A program made the position numbers and the translations under genes. A stretch of 64,000 nt of DNA from Blastocystis sp. Blastoise (lineage: Eukaryota > Protista > Bigyra: Opalinata), in NCBI GenBank assembly GCA_039096225.1, contig JBBPEB010000033.1:558001-622000 (forward strand). Reading direction: 5' to 3'. The notes under the pieces are model-generated. The model ran no database searches and had not been told where the DNA came from. It was given only the letters and a program-made list of their open reading frames with translations. Below, in pieces: positions 1-18,899 of the stretch (position 1 is the first letter of the stretch; each line of letters starts with the position of its first letter).

Positions 1-204
1 GAAATGCATACTACCACTATCTGGACATGTTTTTAATATTTGATCTACAATTTTCAGACCTTTTTTATATTCGCTATCTTCATAGCATTTCTAAAAAATG
101 ATATAAAGTAGAAACAATCAGCATACAACAGCTTGGTTAAACATATTTTCTTCATGCTTTGGTAAAGGCTTACCAGTAGGTTTCGTGTAAGCAACAGGTA
201 CCAT
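1..204 (-). CDS. NAA15: NatA auxiliary subunit, 5' end only (runs off the window)
   Basis: Spliced translation MVPVAYTKPTGKPLPKHEENMFNQAV|KCYEDSEYKKGLKIVDQILKTCPDSG resembles the NAA15 N-terminus (LPxKE..F....CYE.K.Y.KGLK...IL). GT-AG intron. Confidence 0.75.
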
Positions 205-432
205 TCTTTAAAAAGAATATTTAACAAAAAAACAAAATTGAAAATAATTAATGAAAAAAATGCACCAAACTCTCAAATGTGAGAAATAGGTTCTTAAGAA
301 AAAGAAAATGAAAGTAGGCAAGAAAACATGAAAACCGCGGGTTGATTCGGTCTATGGATGGCAATAATTTTCATTAATTCTTAAGTCATTAATTTGTATA
401 TTTTTGCCAAGTCGATATTGATAACAATAAAA

Positions 433-1900
433 ATGGAGCATTTTTGTATTCCTGAAGCTAAAAGAAATGATGTAAAACAATTGAGAGACTATTTGAAGAA
501 TGAATTATGTATTTTATTATTCATAAGTATGTTATTATGAATAGTACTTGAGGAGAATCTAGAGGACCAACTTTTATATAGATATTTATATGTTTATAAC
601 ATGAATATCAAGAAGGCAGGTAAGCGAATTTTTAGTTATAATTATATTTCTTAGGAAATCAAATAAAGAGAATGTTACATTGGAGAACTGAGAATAATAT
701 GGATCATATCCTTGAAGATAAAGAAGTTGAGAAAGTATAATGGATAACTTGTTCTATGAATATTGATATATTTTAGGTAGAATATGAATTAAGTAAGAAT
801 CTCATGTATAGAATTCATGGTCAAGATGCTTTAGGAAGAGTATTTCTCTTTATTTCTTTATTTCTTATTTCTCTGTAGCCTACAACAATTATAAATATCG
901 GACGTTGTGATCTTCGTTTTATTATGAAAGTATTTATATATAGGAATAATTGATATATATATATATATTATTATCATACTTAGCAATTTTCTCAAAATGA
1001 TATTGTAAGAGCTCATTTGTATTATGATGAAGTTGTAGATCAATTATCTATTAGTATATATTATGTTTATTATGTTATTATTATTTTGTTTATTATGTTT
1101 ATTATGTTTATTATGTTTATTTTAGTTAATATTTTCTGAGAATTACTTTTTATTATGTTTCTTGTGTATTCTATATGTGTCTATTCCGTTATTAGTTATA
1201 TTTATTATTCTTATTATTATAATTACTACTATTCTTATTATTATAATTACTATTATATAAATAGAGTATGCTAAAGAGAAAGGATATGATTATATCGGTA
1301 ATTGTACTATTGTTGATCTAGAAGGTCTCTCTGTATATAAACATATGGATCTCTCGGCTGTTCAACTCTTAGGTGTATATATATATATATATATAATATT
1401 ATTTATATTATTCATCATATATAATATATGAAGAATCTATTTAATTATCTATAAACAACAACTTTCTTATTCAATTGAATATTACAGTATATATATATAT
1501 AGAAGATCGTTGATATATATAGTAATTATTATCCTGAAACAGCAGACCTCGTCTTAGTAGTCAATGCTCCCTCTATCTTCTCCTTCTTCTGGTCTAGTAT
1601 ATATATATACATATATATATATTATAATTCATATTCAATAATATCTCTTTTTTATCAAGTTTCTGTTATTTACTTTTATTTAATTGATTTATATATATAT
1701 AGTTATCAGTCCATTCTTCTCCGATTTACAAAAGAAAAAATTGAAAATTTTAAAAGACTAGTATATTATTATTATTATTATAAAACATATATATAGTTCA
1801 GAATTGAAGGTATATTTTAAAGAAGAGAATATTCCCGCTATATATGGAGGGAAATGTAATTGTAAAGATGGGTGTGTCATCGGTAAATCAACTCAAAATG

Positions 1901-1931
<31 letters not shown>

Positions 1932-2457
1932 ACTCTATTGATTATCTTATAAATCACTATATGTGTATATATAGGGTAATATTCATTCAGATATTGTCAA
2001 AATATCATCAGGAAAGAAAATCACTGTAGATATATATATAACATAAATAATTATTCTAATAATAATCATAATCATAATAATCATAATCTATAGGTAGATA
2101 TACCATGTTTAGCCAATGAAACGACATCTTGGACATTACGTTCATTAAAGAATGATATTGCATTTGGCGCTGTTTTTATTCCTAGAGACCAAAATATTCT
2201 TGTATATTAATATATATAGATTTTTTATGTTTTTCTCAATCAAAACCAATTTTTTATAATTCTTCATATATATATAATATTTATAGCCAACAACTGTATG
2301 GCAATTACAGAGAATCAATGCTCAAGAGGAAACCTATACTGGAAAATATAGTTCTGGATTTGAAGGTACTCTTCAATTAACATTTGATAATTCGTATTCT
2401 TCATTCACAGCGAAAACAATAGCGTATGATATCATCAAAACTCAAGATGAGGAATAA
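433..2457 (+). CDS. SEC14-like CRAL-TRIO lipid-binding protein with C-terminal GOLD domain (12 exons)
   Basis: Manual GT-AG splicing gives one open frame with HGQDALGRP, IVDLEGLS, NYYPET, VVNAPSIFSFFW, IPAIYGG and GOLD-like DIAFG ... LTFDNSYS. TAA at 2455-2457. Confidence 0.88.
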
Positions 2458-3354
2458 GAGATCTTTTTCATATAATACTTATATTTTACATATTTTGTTT
2501 TTTGACATTTTGAATTTGGGTTTAGGCATCTATTATTTGATCAATTTTTATCATTCTACATATATGCGTTGTCTTTCATATGCTTTTATTCTTGATCTTT
2601 TTTCATTTTAGTAAAACAACGAAAATAATTTCTTTTCCCTAAGATTAATCAACCATTTTCACTTTAATCATTCGTTCTTGAGCAGTTTAATGAGTTATCT
2701 TATCAAAAATGAATAATCAACAATAATCAATTGTCGCAATAAGGCGCTTATTATAAATTTTAAAAGTCGACAGTCTCTATGAGTTTGTTTTAAAAATTCA
2801 AAAATTGAAAATCAAACCATGATACAAAAATGGCTTTCCGGAAAAAGAAGTCAAAGATATCTAAAGAAAAAGAACAAAACTGGATTAATTTATGTAATTT
2901 TCTAAATAACCGTGATAATGAAGAGTTTAATTTGGATAAAAACAGTTCAATCATTTCTATGCAATTGATTGGATGAATGGAGTATAGAATATTCGTTCGT
3001 CCAATCAAATAAAGGATAGTTCTAAAAGATTATTATGAAAAGAATAGATTTTTTTCCCAGAAATTGGAAATAATCAGAAAAGATCTTTTTGGACCCCCTG
3101 GATAGAAAAAAATAGTGAAAAAGAATCAAGTCATCCTTATATAAAAAGAAATACCCCCTTGTCGAATAGAAACAGTTCTTCTATTATTGTGCACAATATG
3201 AAGACAAAGTGGATTTTGAATTCTCTATTATCGTATTCTTCGGTAAATAAAACTCGATTTTGATTCTGTATAGTATGTATTTCTAAATAATCTATAGGTG
3301 TACATCATAACTAATCTCAACATCAGTAATATTATATTCAAATATAGATAAATA

Positions 3355-4382
3355 ATGGATCCAATTAAGGAAAACGTTTATATGGCTCGTTTAGCTGAAC
3401 AAGCTGAAAGATACCCTGAAATGGTTGAATATATTAAAAAAGTTGCTACCACTCCTAAACAAGAAAATGATACTGCTGTTATATTAACTGTTGATGAAAG
3501 AAACCTTCTTTCTGTTGCTTACAAAAATGTAGTAGGTGCTAGACGTGCCTCTTGGAGAGTCCTTTCTTCTCTTGAACAAAAAGAAGAAAACAAAGGATCT
3601 ACCAATCTTGTAATTAAGATTAAGGAATTTAGACAAAAAGTTGAAAAAGAACTTACTGATATTTGCAACGATATATTAAAAATCTTAAATGAAACCCTTA
3701 TCCCTTCCTCTATTAGTGTTGAAGATAAAGTCTTCTATCTTAAGATGGCTGGTGATTATTACCGTTATCTTGCTGAATTCCAAGTTGATGAAGAAGGTCA
3801 AAAAGCTACTGCTGGTGCCAAGAATGCTTAAGTTATAGGATTTTTAGTTTTCTAGTTTTTTTTTATAAATCTCCTATATGTTTTTTTTTTTAGTAATTCA
3901 ATTCAATTTTTTTTTATGACTTATTCTATTATTGATATTATTATATATTAATATTATTCATTTTATAATCTATATATATATAAACTATATATTTTTAATA
4001 ATATAGTTATGAAAATGCTATGGAAGAAGGTCAAAAGAATGGACTTCCCCCAACCAGTCCTATTATTCTTGGTTTAGCCTTAAATTACTCTGTATTCTTC
4101 TATGAAATCCTCAATGGACCTAATGAAGCATATATATATATCATATATATATATAATACTAATGAATATATATATTTTAATTTATATTGTTTTCTACATA
4201 TATATACATATATTGAAGCTTGTAAACTTGCTAAGCACGCTTTTGATCAAGCTGTTGCTGAACTTGATTCTTTATCAGAAGAAGATTATAAGGATGCTAC
4301 TTTAATTCTTCAACTTCTTCGTGATAATTTAACTTTATGGACAACCGATGTTGAAGATGGTGAACGTGAAGAAGAAAAGTAA
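3355..4382 (+). CDS. 14-3-3 protein (3 coding exons; introns 3828-4006 and 4128-4217, both non-canonical)
   Basis: Motifs [63 protein letters not shown]. Confidence 0.97.
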
Positions 4383-4805
4383 AAACAAACTACCACAAAA
4401 TTAACGTTTATTTCTAAATTTTCTTATTGTTAACAATTTTTATATTAGATTTTATTTTTTATATATATGTTCATCAATTCATAAATATATTATTTTTTTT
4501 TTATATGAAAAAATGCGAAATAATTGACATTTTGTTTCATTATATATATTTATACAATTCTTATTCTATAATTTTGTCTGTATTGTATTATAAACAAAAA
4601 AAAAATCTTATGTATATAATCTATTCCGATTTTATTATGATTCAAACCATTTATACTACTCAAGTTTATAGAAAATAAAAAATAATAATTTTAATAATTT
4701 TTTTATTAAAAATGAAAAATTGAACAAGTTATAATAAATTTTTTTTTTTATTAAAAATTATTTATATTTAGGAGCAATAATATATATTTTTTATTGACAT
4801 AAAAA

Positions 4806-6822
4806 ATGGAATTAGATGTATTGAATATTAATTTAGATATTCTACCTTCTGAAATGGGAAAACTCATGCCAAAAGAAACAGCTGGGTCATTTCAAAAAGG
4901 AATATGTGAATTTTGTTTTATGAAAGACAAGGTAGCATTCCCAGGTATGTGTTTTGAAATATCAAAGTTGTTTTCTTTATTTTTTTTGTAATTAATTAGG
5001 GTCTCAACCTGTTTCGATGAGTAAGAAGAATTGGGGATTGATCAAGAAAGATGAGTATGTTGTATGTGAAAAATCTGATGGTGTCCGATACTTGTTACTT
5101 TTTTACAATGTATTTTTTTTATATGAATTATTTATTGTATTCTATATATATAATTATTTATTCTATATTCCTATAACTAGTATAAAATGTATTACATTGA
5201 TCGAAGATTTAATATTTATTTATCAACAATGCAACCATTCACCAAAGAACAATTTCCTGCTTGTTTGGATCCAGAACGATTTTCCTTATTTGATGGAGAA
5301 ATGATTATTGAAAAGTCACGATTATCTGAAGGGTACATATATTTTATTATAATTATAACATATTTATATTATTTATATATATATATATTTTTTTATAACG
5401 CTATAATTAGAAATATGATATATATATATTATTTATATATATATTTTTTTTTATAACGCTATAATTAGAAATATGATATATATATATTATTTATATATAT
5501 ATTTGTTTTTTATAACGCTATAATTAGAAATATGATATATGTATAATATTTATATATATAGAGAGAAACCCTATATATGTTATTGGGTATTTGATCTATT
5601 AGTAATTAATAATTATTGTGTATTTCGTAATAATTTATATCAACGATTATATTTCATTAGTACTTTATTTACTAATCCTTTTCAAGAATTATATCCTAAA
5701 AATGATTTCTTTCCCTTTAAAATTGCTTTAAAACCAATGTATCATATCGCATCAAGTGAATATATATGGACACAAGTATATATATATTATTATTATTATT
5801 AATATGAATTATATATATATTATTATATAGATAGTAGGAAAGGTATTAAAACATGAAAGTGATGGACTTATATATACTCCTGTTGCTCTCAATTATACAC
5901 CATGTATATATATATATTTATAAAAGATAAGAATTACACTATAAATAGAATAATAATAAGTATAAATATTCATAATTCATTTTGTTTCTATTATTATTCT
6001 ATAGTTACATGTAAGAAATTATTAAAATGGAAACCTGCTGAATTAAATTCAGTCGATTTTCAAATGTATAGTATTCAAAAAAGTATATAAAAGAATATAT
6101 TATTGGATTTATTTTGTTATTTATATTGTATAGTAATTAAAAAGAATTATATATATATATATATATAGGTGATCATACATTTTATCGTCTCTACTCGTCA
6201 AAAGGTGGTATTTCCTCGCCATTTGATTGGATAATGTTTACGGATGACGAAATATCTACCTATGCTCATGATGGACTCGTTCTAGAATGTGTTAGAGATC
6301 ATGTATATATATATATATATATATTATGTTCCTATAATAGAATAATATATTTTTATTCTAAAAAATATTATCATTTTAATATAAATATAATTGTTTATTC
6401 ACTAAAGCTGTCATTTTTAATAGAATTATCTTATTCTTTCTCTATATTCTATATCTATGATATATATAGTCAAGGTATACATTTCATCCTATATTCACGG
6501 GAAATGAAGAAGTAACTCCTGATCCTCAATATAATGATCCAGATAAAGGTCTTGGTTGGTCCAAAGGAGGATGGAAGCCAATTCGAGTGCGAAAAGATAA
6601 ATCTGTTGGAAATGATATTAAAGTCGTCAAAGGGGTATATATATTTATTATATATATATATTATTATATATATATTATTATAATATATATATATTATTAT
6701 ATATATATATTATTATATATATATATTATTATAATATACATAATATCTATATATAGTTATTAGACTGTATTAATGATGATATATCTTTTAAAGAATTGAT
6801 AGCTCATATAAATAAAATATAA
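4806..6822 (+). CDS. mRNA capping enzyme, stand-alone guanylyltransferase (9 exons)
   Basis: FPG|SQPVS, motif I EKSDGVRY, LFDGEM, VFDLL, DGLIYTP, LLKWKP, RVRKDK. All introns GT-AG. No N-terminal triphosphatase domain visible. Confidence 0.9.
5365..5545. repeat. Intronic minisatellite, ~58-59 nt unit x3
   Basis: ATAACGCTATAATTAGAAATATGATATA recurs at ~5395, 5453, 5512. Confidence 0.85.
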
Positions 6823-7128
6823 TTAATTTAATTTTTAAATATAATTACAATTCATCGTTTCACTAGATACTATTAAAAAGACATTTTTAATAATAGATTG
6901 TTTTGTTAATATTTTTTTTATTACAAGAAAACTTAATTGTCAATTTTATATATCGTAATAATTAATGAATTTTATGAATAATATTCAAACATAAATAACA
7001 AAGTAATATTATTCTACAGAACAACAACAATTGAAATACACACAAACAACATAAATCTTTAGAAACCAAATAATTGTTTTATTTTTTCCATAAAAAGTGC
7101 AATACGTAAATAATAATTATATGTATCA

Positions 7129-7621
7129 TCATTGACTTTGTGAACTGGTTTTGACATAACTAAAAAAAATACATAATTAGAAACAATAATGAAAAACTAA
7201 TTAAAATACAAAGGTTTTCATCATTTTGATCTTCATTAATTGGATTCACAAAAACATCATCCAAAGAAACCATCGAAGCATCACCTCTACATTAATATAA
7301 AGATTAAAATAATAAAAAAATGTACACCATCACATTTTTGGATTGTACTTCATTGAGTTGACTTTGATCCTATATAAGAAATCTTATAAATAAGCAAAAG
7401 TAATATCTGAAATGCACATAATAATAATAAAAGAATTGAATGTATACAACAAAACAGGATTCTCCATAAGAACTAAAGTTTCTTGTTATTCTAGAAAGAT
7501 CGTTCAACGTATAAGCATCAACGACATGAGGGTGTCCTTTCATAGAAAGATCATATGAATCGTATTCTGGTTTTTGTTCATGATTATTATTCAAATATGA
7601 ACGACTATAAGGAAACTGCAT
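7129..7621 (-). CDS. Hypothetical small protein (~120 aa, 4 exons)
   Basis: ATG at 7621. Three phase-compatible GT-AG introns join MQFPYSRSY...GESCFV|DQSQLNEVQSKNVMV|GDASMVSLDDVFVNP...|YVKTSSQSQ-TGA. No recognisable motif. Confidence 0.5.
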
Positions 7622-8371
7622 TTTTAAAAAATACTCAACAAACAAAAATTCTGTATTTTTCTTGTTTATATGTACTAATACAAATGAGAAATTGGCAAAA
7701 GAAGGTTTTTCAATCACTCAAGACTCTCACAAACAATGCTTACGCTACTAAATGCATAAAAGTCGCAATAGTTACTCATTTCCCAAGCAGACACTGAATT
7801 GACTACAAGTAATTTCTTTGTTGCAAAAACAGATTCTTTATTATTCATAATTTCTAAATTATTTAAAAAAAAAAAATTAAAAGCTTTTTGAAAAACACAT
7901 ATATTGTCCAATGGGTAAGAAAGTCAAAAATAGTGTTGAATTTGATTGATTGCTTTCAATTATATGTAAATCATTAAAAAATAAGTTGTAGAACTTGTGT
8001 ACTTGTTTATTACCATATTCATATCCAACCAAGTTTAAAGAAAAAGACGAATTCTAAAGAAACAATTGACACATCAAATGAATCAAAAGGGAGAATGACA
8101 GTGTTTAACTACTTTTATGGGATGTTTTCGAAGATTCCCACGAATGTTGAGTAGAATCAAATAAGAAAATCGAAAAACGTCATTGTTATTCTTAAACTGA
8201 CTGTTTCATTCTATGGATTATGAACCGATGACACATTCCATAAATACAACTTGAGGCATATGACACAAGTCTTGTCACCATTTAGAATAACCTTTATTAT
8301 TTGTTGGTTCTTAAGAAAAAAAGTAGAGATAATTTCATATTATTTTTTCCATTTTAAGTACTTCATTAACT

Positions 8372-10181
8372 ATGGCTGGATTAGGTGAAAACATCTCGTA
8401 TGTTTTTATTGATTATATATATATATGTCTAATATACGTATAGTTGGGAAATCATTGATGAACCTGCCAATACTAACATTCGTAAGACAAAGATTATTTG
8501 TACTTTAGGACCTGCTGTCAACTCTGTTGATAAGATTGTCCAATTGATTGATGCTGGTATGAATGTTGCTCGTTTCAATTTCTCTCACGGTACCTTCGAA
8601 GTATTTTTTTTTTATTAATTTATTATGATTATTCACTTGTTGATCTATCTATAAAAATTATCTAAAGAATATATATTATCCTCTTAATGCTATTCTCTAA
8701 ATATTTATAGACTCACGATGCTATGTATCAAAATCTTCAAAATGCTCTTAAGCAAAGACCTGGTAAACACGTAGCTGTTATGCTTGATGATAAAGGTCCT
8801 GAAATCAGAACTGGTTATTTAGTTGATGGTAAAGCTGTTACTATTGTAAAGGATTCCATTGTTGAAATCACTACTGATTATACTATTAAGGGTGATGCTA
8901 CTCATCTTGCTTGTACTTACACTGATTTACCTACTTCTGTCAAAGTTGGTCAAAAGATCTTCGTTGCTGATGGTGATTTAACTTTCATCGTTAAGGAAAT
9001 TGGTGATACTTCTATCAAGTGTCAAGCTATGAATAATGCTACTATTGGTGAAACTAAGAATATGAATTTACCTGGTGTTGTTGTCACTTTACCTACTCTT
9101 ACTGAAAAGGATAAGCATGATATTAGCCAATGGCCTTTAACTCATAATGTTGATTATATTGCTGCTTCTTTCGTTCGTAAAGCTTCTAACATTGATGAAA
9201 TCAGAGAATGTTTAGGAAGAAGATTACAACATATTCAAGTTATTGCTAAGATTGAAAATGAAGAAGGTTTAAAGAATATTGAAGAAATTATTCAAAAGGC
9301 GGATGGTATCATGGTTGCTAGAGGTGATTTAGGTATGGAAATGCCTCCTGAAAAAGTCTTCTTAGCTCAAAAGAAGATGATTCACTTATGTAATATCTAT
9401 GGTAAATATGTTATTACTGCTACTCAAATGTTAGATTCTATGATCAGCAAACCTAGATATGTTATTGTTATTATTGTTTTATTAATATTATTATATTATT
9501 GTTTCATATAAATAATAATATTACATCTATAGACCTACTCGTGCTGAATGTACTGATGTAGCTAATGCTGTATTAGATGGTTCTGATTGTGTCATGCTTT
9601 CTGGAGAAAGTGCTAACGGTGCTTATCCTTTTGAAGCTGTCTCTATTATGAGCAGAATTTGTGTTACTGCTGAAAGTATCATGAATCCTGATGAAGAATT
9701 CAACAAGATTCGTTCTTTAGTTTTAACTAAAGAAGGTAACGTCACTGTTCCTGAATCTATTGCTTCTTCTGCTGTTAAGACTGCTATTGATGTTAATGCT
9801 AAACTTATCATTGTTCTTACTTCCACTGGTAGCACTGCTAGACAAGTTGCTAAATATCGTCCCCCACAATTCATTTATGTCTTAGCTGAAACTAAGGCTG
9901 TTGCTACTCAAGTTGAAGGTGTCATTAGAGGCACCAAATGTCGTTCTATATATATTTTTTTACATATTATTATAATTATTTTATTATTATAATTAAATCT
10001 ATATATATTCTAATTATAGATTGAATCTATGATGGGATCTGAAAGTATTATCATGAAAGCTATCCTTAATTGCAAGGAAACTGGTATGATTAAGTCTGGT
10101 GATCTTGTTGTTGCTATTCATGGTATGAGAGAAGCTCAATCTGGTGCTACTAACATCCTTAGAATTCTTGCTTGCCCTTAA
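8372..10181 (+). CDS. PYK: Pyruvate kinase (5 exons; introns 3 and 4 AT-AG)
   Basis: [79 protein letters not shown]. Confidence 0.97.
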
Positions 10182-10468
10182 ACTCATTAATTTAAGGTTG
10201 TATTATATGAGATATGTAATGTACTAGTATACATTATCATTTAATTTCATTTCTTTGTTTTAAACGAATTTCTGTTTTTTTTTCTAATTTGGGTATTTGT
10301 TAATCAATTATTCTTTCTATTCAATATAAAAACAATTGTTTTGTCCATATTTTATAAGACATAAACGAAAATAAAAAGAAATTTTCTTAAAATCAAAAAA
10401 ATATGACTGATTTATTTTTAAGTCAGAGACAGTAAATACTTTTTTTAAATTTAATTATTCTACATGAA

Positions 10469-13911
<3,443 letters not shown>

Positions 13912-14800
13912 ATAATTATTCTAAATGTTATTTTTTTTTCAAGTTATTAATTTTAATACATATTTCTCCTTCTTTATTGATACCATTTAGTTCTATTCTC
14001 ATGTTATTGATGAATATATCTTTGTATAAAAAGTGATGACAACAACATGAATAGTTTTTATATTCGTCATATATCAAGTCCCTTGAATATTCCACATAGT
14101 CTTGACACTATTTCTATAGCATATTTATTTCATTCAAAGTATACCAAATGATCATTGATTAGAAAAGTACATAAATTAACGTAAATTTTATTTTTCATAT
14201 ATATTCAATGCCATTTTATTCACATTCTTGTATGTAAATAAACCTATGAATCATTATCAACAAAGAAATGAACCCAAAGTGTCAAAAACTGGAAAGTCTG
14301 TGTAGAAAACCAAATAACCACGGGAATCAAGAAGATTTCTGCACTTGATCTGTCGTCATGTTGCTACAGATCCAGATATTCTTTTGTTTATCTTTGCATA
14401 TATTTAATTTAAAACAATATAACTACTTTATATATATATGTATCACCTTTTATATTTTCAATAAATACATTTATAATGAATCTGGAACAAGAAATTTAAT
14501 TATAAAAATAGACTCAAATATCTAAAATCCTAAAAATGATGTAAGCTTTCCTATTCTTTTATTTGTACAGATTATCAACCAAAATAAGTTGCGGACTAAA
14601 CAAAAACTTCATGTACAATCATTTCCATAGTCTATAATTATCATCCAGTATTTAATACCAAAAATAATCACTATAGGAAATAATCATGAATAAATGGAAA
14701 TTCACCACTATTTTTTTTGAGGAATCGATAATAAACAGTCTGTTTTTCTATCCACCTTGTTTTCTATTCATATTTTTATTTTGATTGCGATATATTGGAA

Positions 14801-16248
14801 ATGAAATTTATTAGCCTTCTTGTATATATAATATACTGTCAGTTATATATTTTCTGTAGTTCCTTATTATTTCTGCTGTTGCTTTTACAACTCAATACAA
14901 TGGAATTGCTATTGAAAACTCCACTTTTATCTACAGAAATTTCTTTATGTATGATAAGACAACTTCTCCTAAAATAAGTCCTCCTGGTAACGGTGAATCT
15001 TATATTATTTCTGATTTCAAGATCAGCAAGATAGATAAAAATGTTAATCATGGTCAAGGAAACGTTGAAAGTTTAATTGTAAGTAAGAAGTTCTTCGAAA
15101 GCATTGGTTACACTGATGTTGATGAATCTACTAATAAATCCTATCAAGTTGTTTGCTGTGATCAAACTGCTGTTGATGCTGGAAAATGCTCTCAAATTGG
15201 TTCTCTTATTTTACCTAAAAACATGGAAGGTCAATTTGCTTATAACCGTACTGAATTCAAGTATTTTAATTTTTTTTTTTATTTTTTTTTTATTTTTTTT
15301 TTATAATTTTTTTTTTAATTATTATTTATAGAGGAACTGATACTGAAATCTATGTAAAATTCGATGTTCCTGCTCATGGTCAATACATGATGGTAATCGG
15401 CATTTGTGATGTTGAACCTAATAAGAATATGCTCCTTGATGGTTTTACTACTGCTATGAATCCTTATGGTCATTTACCTGGTGCTCATTATGGTAAACTT
15501 CCTTTTGAAAAATATATTGTTACTATTTATGTTATTCTTATTATTATTTGGTTTGTCAGATGCTTCTATTATAAGACTGAAATCATGAGTATCCAAAATA
15601 TTGTTTCTGTTGTTTTAATTATTTTTGCTATTGAAAATATCTTTGAATTAGTTAATTTATCTGCTTATAATCTTTCTGGTGAACTTGATTTCACTATGAA
15701 TATGGCTGGTTTAATTGTTTCTACTCTTACTCGTACTGTAAGCAGAATACTTACTTTAGAAATCGCCATGGGTCTTGGTATAAGTAAGCCTACTATTGGT
15801 ACTAATGCTTTTAAGATTTATGCTCTTGCTATTGTTTTCTTTATCCTTGCTTTCTGGGAATCTTATGCTTCTACATTTAGTCCTAACTATGAAATCAACT
15901 ACTTTAGAATCCTTCCTGCTTCTCTTGTTGATGCTATTTGGTATTTCTGGATTGTTCTTTCTTTATTAGATACTTTACAAGAATTAGAAGATAAGAAGCA
16001 AAGTGCTAAGTTAGAAATGTTCTTAAAGTTCAGAAACTTAGTTATTGCTGCTCTTATTGTCTCCTCTGTTTATACTGTTATTTTCGGTTATATATTTATT
16101 GATGAATCAATTGAAATTGACTGGAGATATCAATGGTTGTATGTATTATTTATTTTATTTTATTATTTAATAATATTACTTCTATAGCTTCAATGAAGGT
16201 ATTTGGACTATTTTCTATCTTGTTGTTCTTATCTATGTCCTTGTATGT

Positions 16249-16290
<42 letters not shown>

Positions 16291-16494
16291 TTATTAATAT
16301 AGAAACTTTGGGCTCCTAATGAAAATAGTGCTGCTTATGCTTATCATATGCAAATTTCTACTGAAGAAAGACAAGACACTGAAGAATATGCCATGCAAGA
16401 CACTCTTCAAGGACCTAATTCTGTGTCTATTAAGATTACCACTGTTTCTCAAGATGAACTTAAACCTATGCAAATTAAGGAAGTTGCCAACTAA
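14801..16494 (+). CDS. TMEM87/GPR107 (lung seven-TM, GOST family) membrane protein (5 exons)
   Basis: Signal peptide, luminal CC...C domain, NPYGHLPG, 7 hydrophobic segments, KQSAKLEMFLKF, LWAPNENSAAYAY. Confidence 0.85.
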
Positions 16495-16861
16495 ATATAA
16501 TATCTTCTTCTTCTTTTTTAATATTTATATTTAAATTTATATTTCCCTCATTATTATTATGAACATTTTCTATTCAATAAAACTGATCAAGAATTATACT
16601 TTCTGTTTTTCTTTTGGTTTGTATAGTTTAATAAGTTTTCTATTTCTCGGTAATATCTTACCCTCTTGTTTAATTATCTACATATATATATAATCATGTA
16701 TTTAGTTCTGATAATTTTTATTATTATTATTTTTTTTGTATTTTTATTTCCATATATATAAACAGACTAGTTAAAAACAAAAAAAAAACAATGAAATGAA
16801 ATCTACATAATAACAGATGGATAAACTAACAATAAAAAGAAAAGTACAAAGACATTTATAT

Positions 16862-18899
<2,038 letters not shown>

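Noticed and set aside
290-303. GGTTCTTAAGAAAA palindrome also present near 8306 upstream of PYK
   Set aside because: Only two AT-rich occurrences, which cannot be distinguished from chance.
2830-2976. 48-codon plus-strand ORF MAFRKKKSK... upstream of 14-3-3
   Set aside because: No motif, no supporting splice structure, and too short to support.
3243-3297. Possible 5' UTR intron of 14-3-3 (GTAAAT...CTATAG)
   Set aside because: Plausible, but there is no reading-frame constraint to test it without transcripts.
3829-3831. In-frame TAA in 14-3-3 as evidence of stop-codon reassignment or a pseudogene
   Set aside because: It lies in the first bases of an intron. All other exons are stop-free, genes end in TAA/TAG/TGA, and the tRNA-Gln has an ordinary TTG anticodon.
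9457-9532. Treating the AT-starting introns in PYK and the acyltransferase as U12 introns
   Set aside because: They lack the ATCC(TT) donor extension and a U12 branch motif, unlike 10708-10781.
13930-14400. Slightly GC-richer intergenic tract with short open frames on the minus strand
   Set aside because: No consistent spliced ORF or RNA structure could be built; possibly a decayed gene but unsupported.
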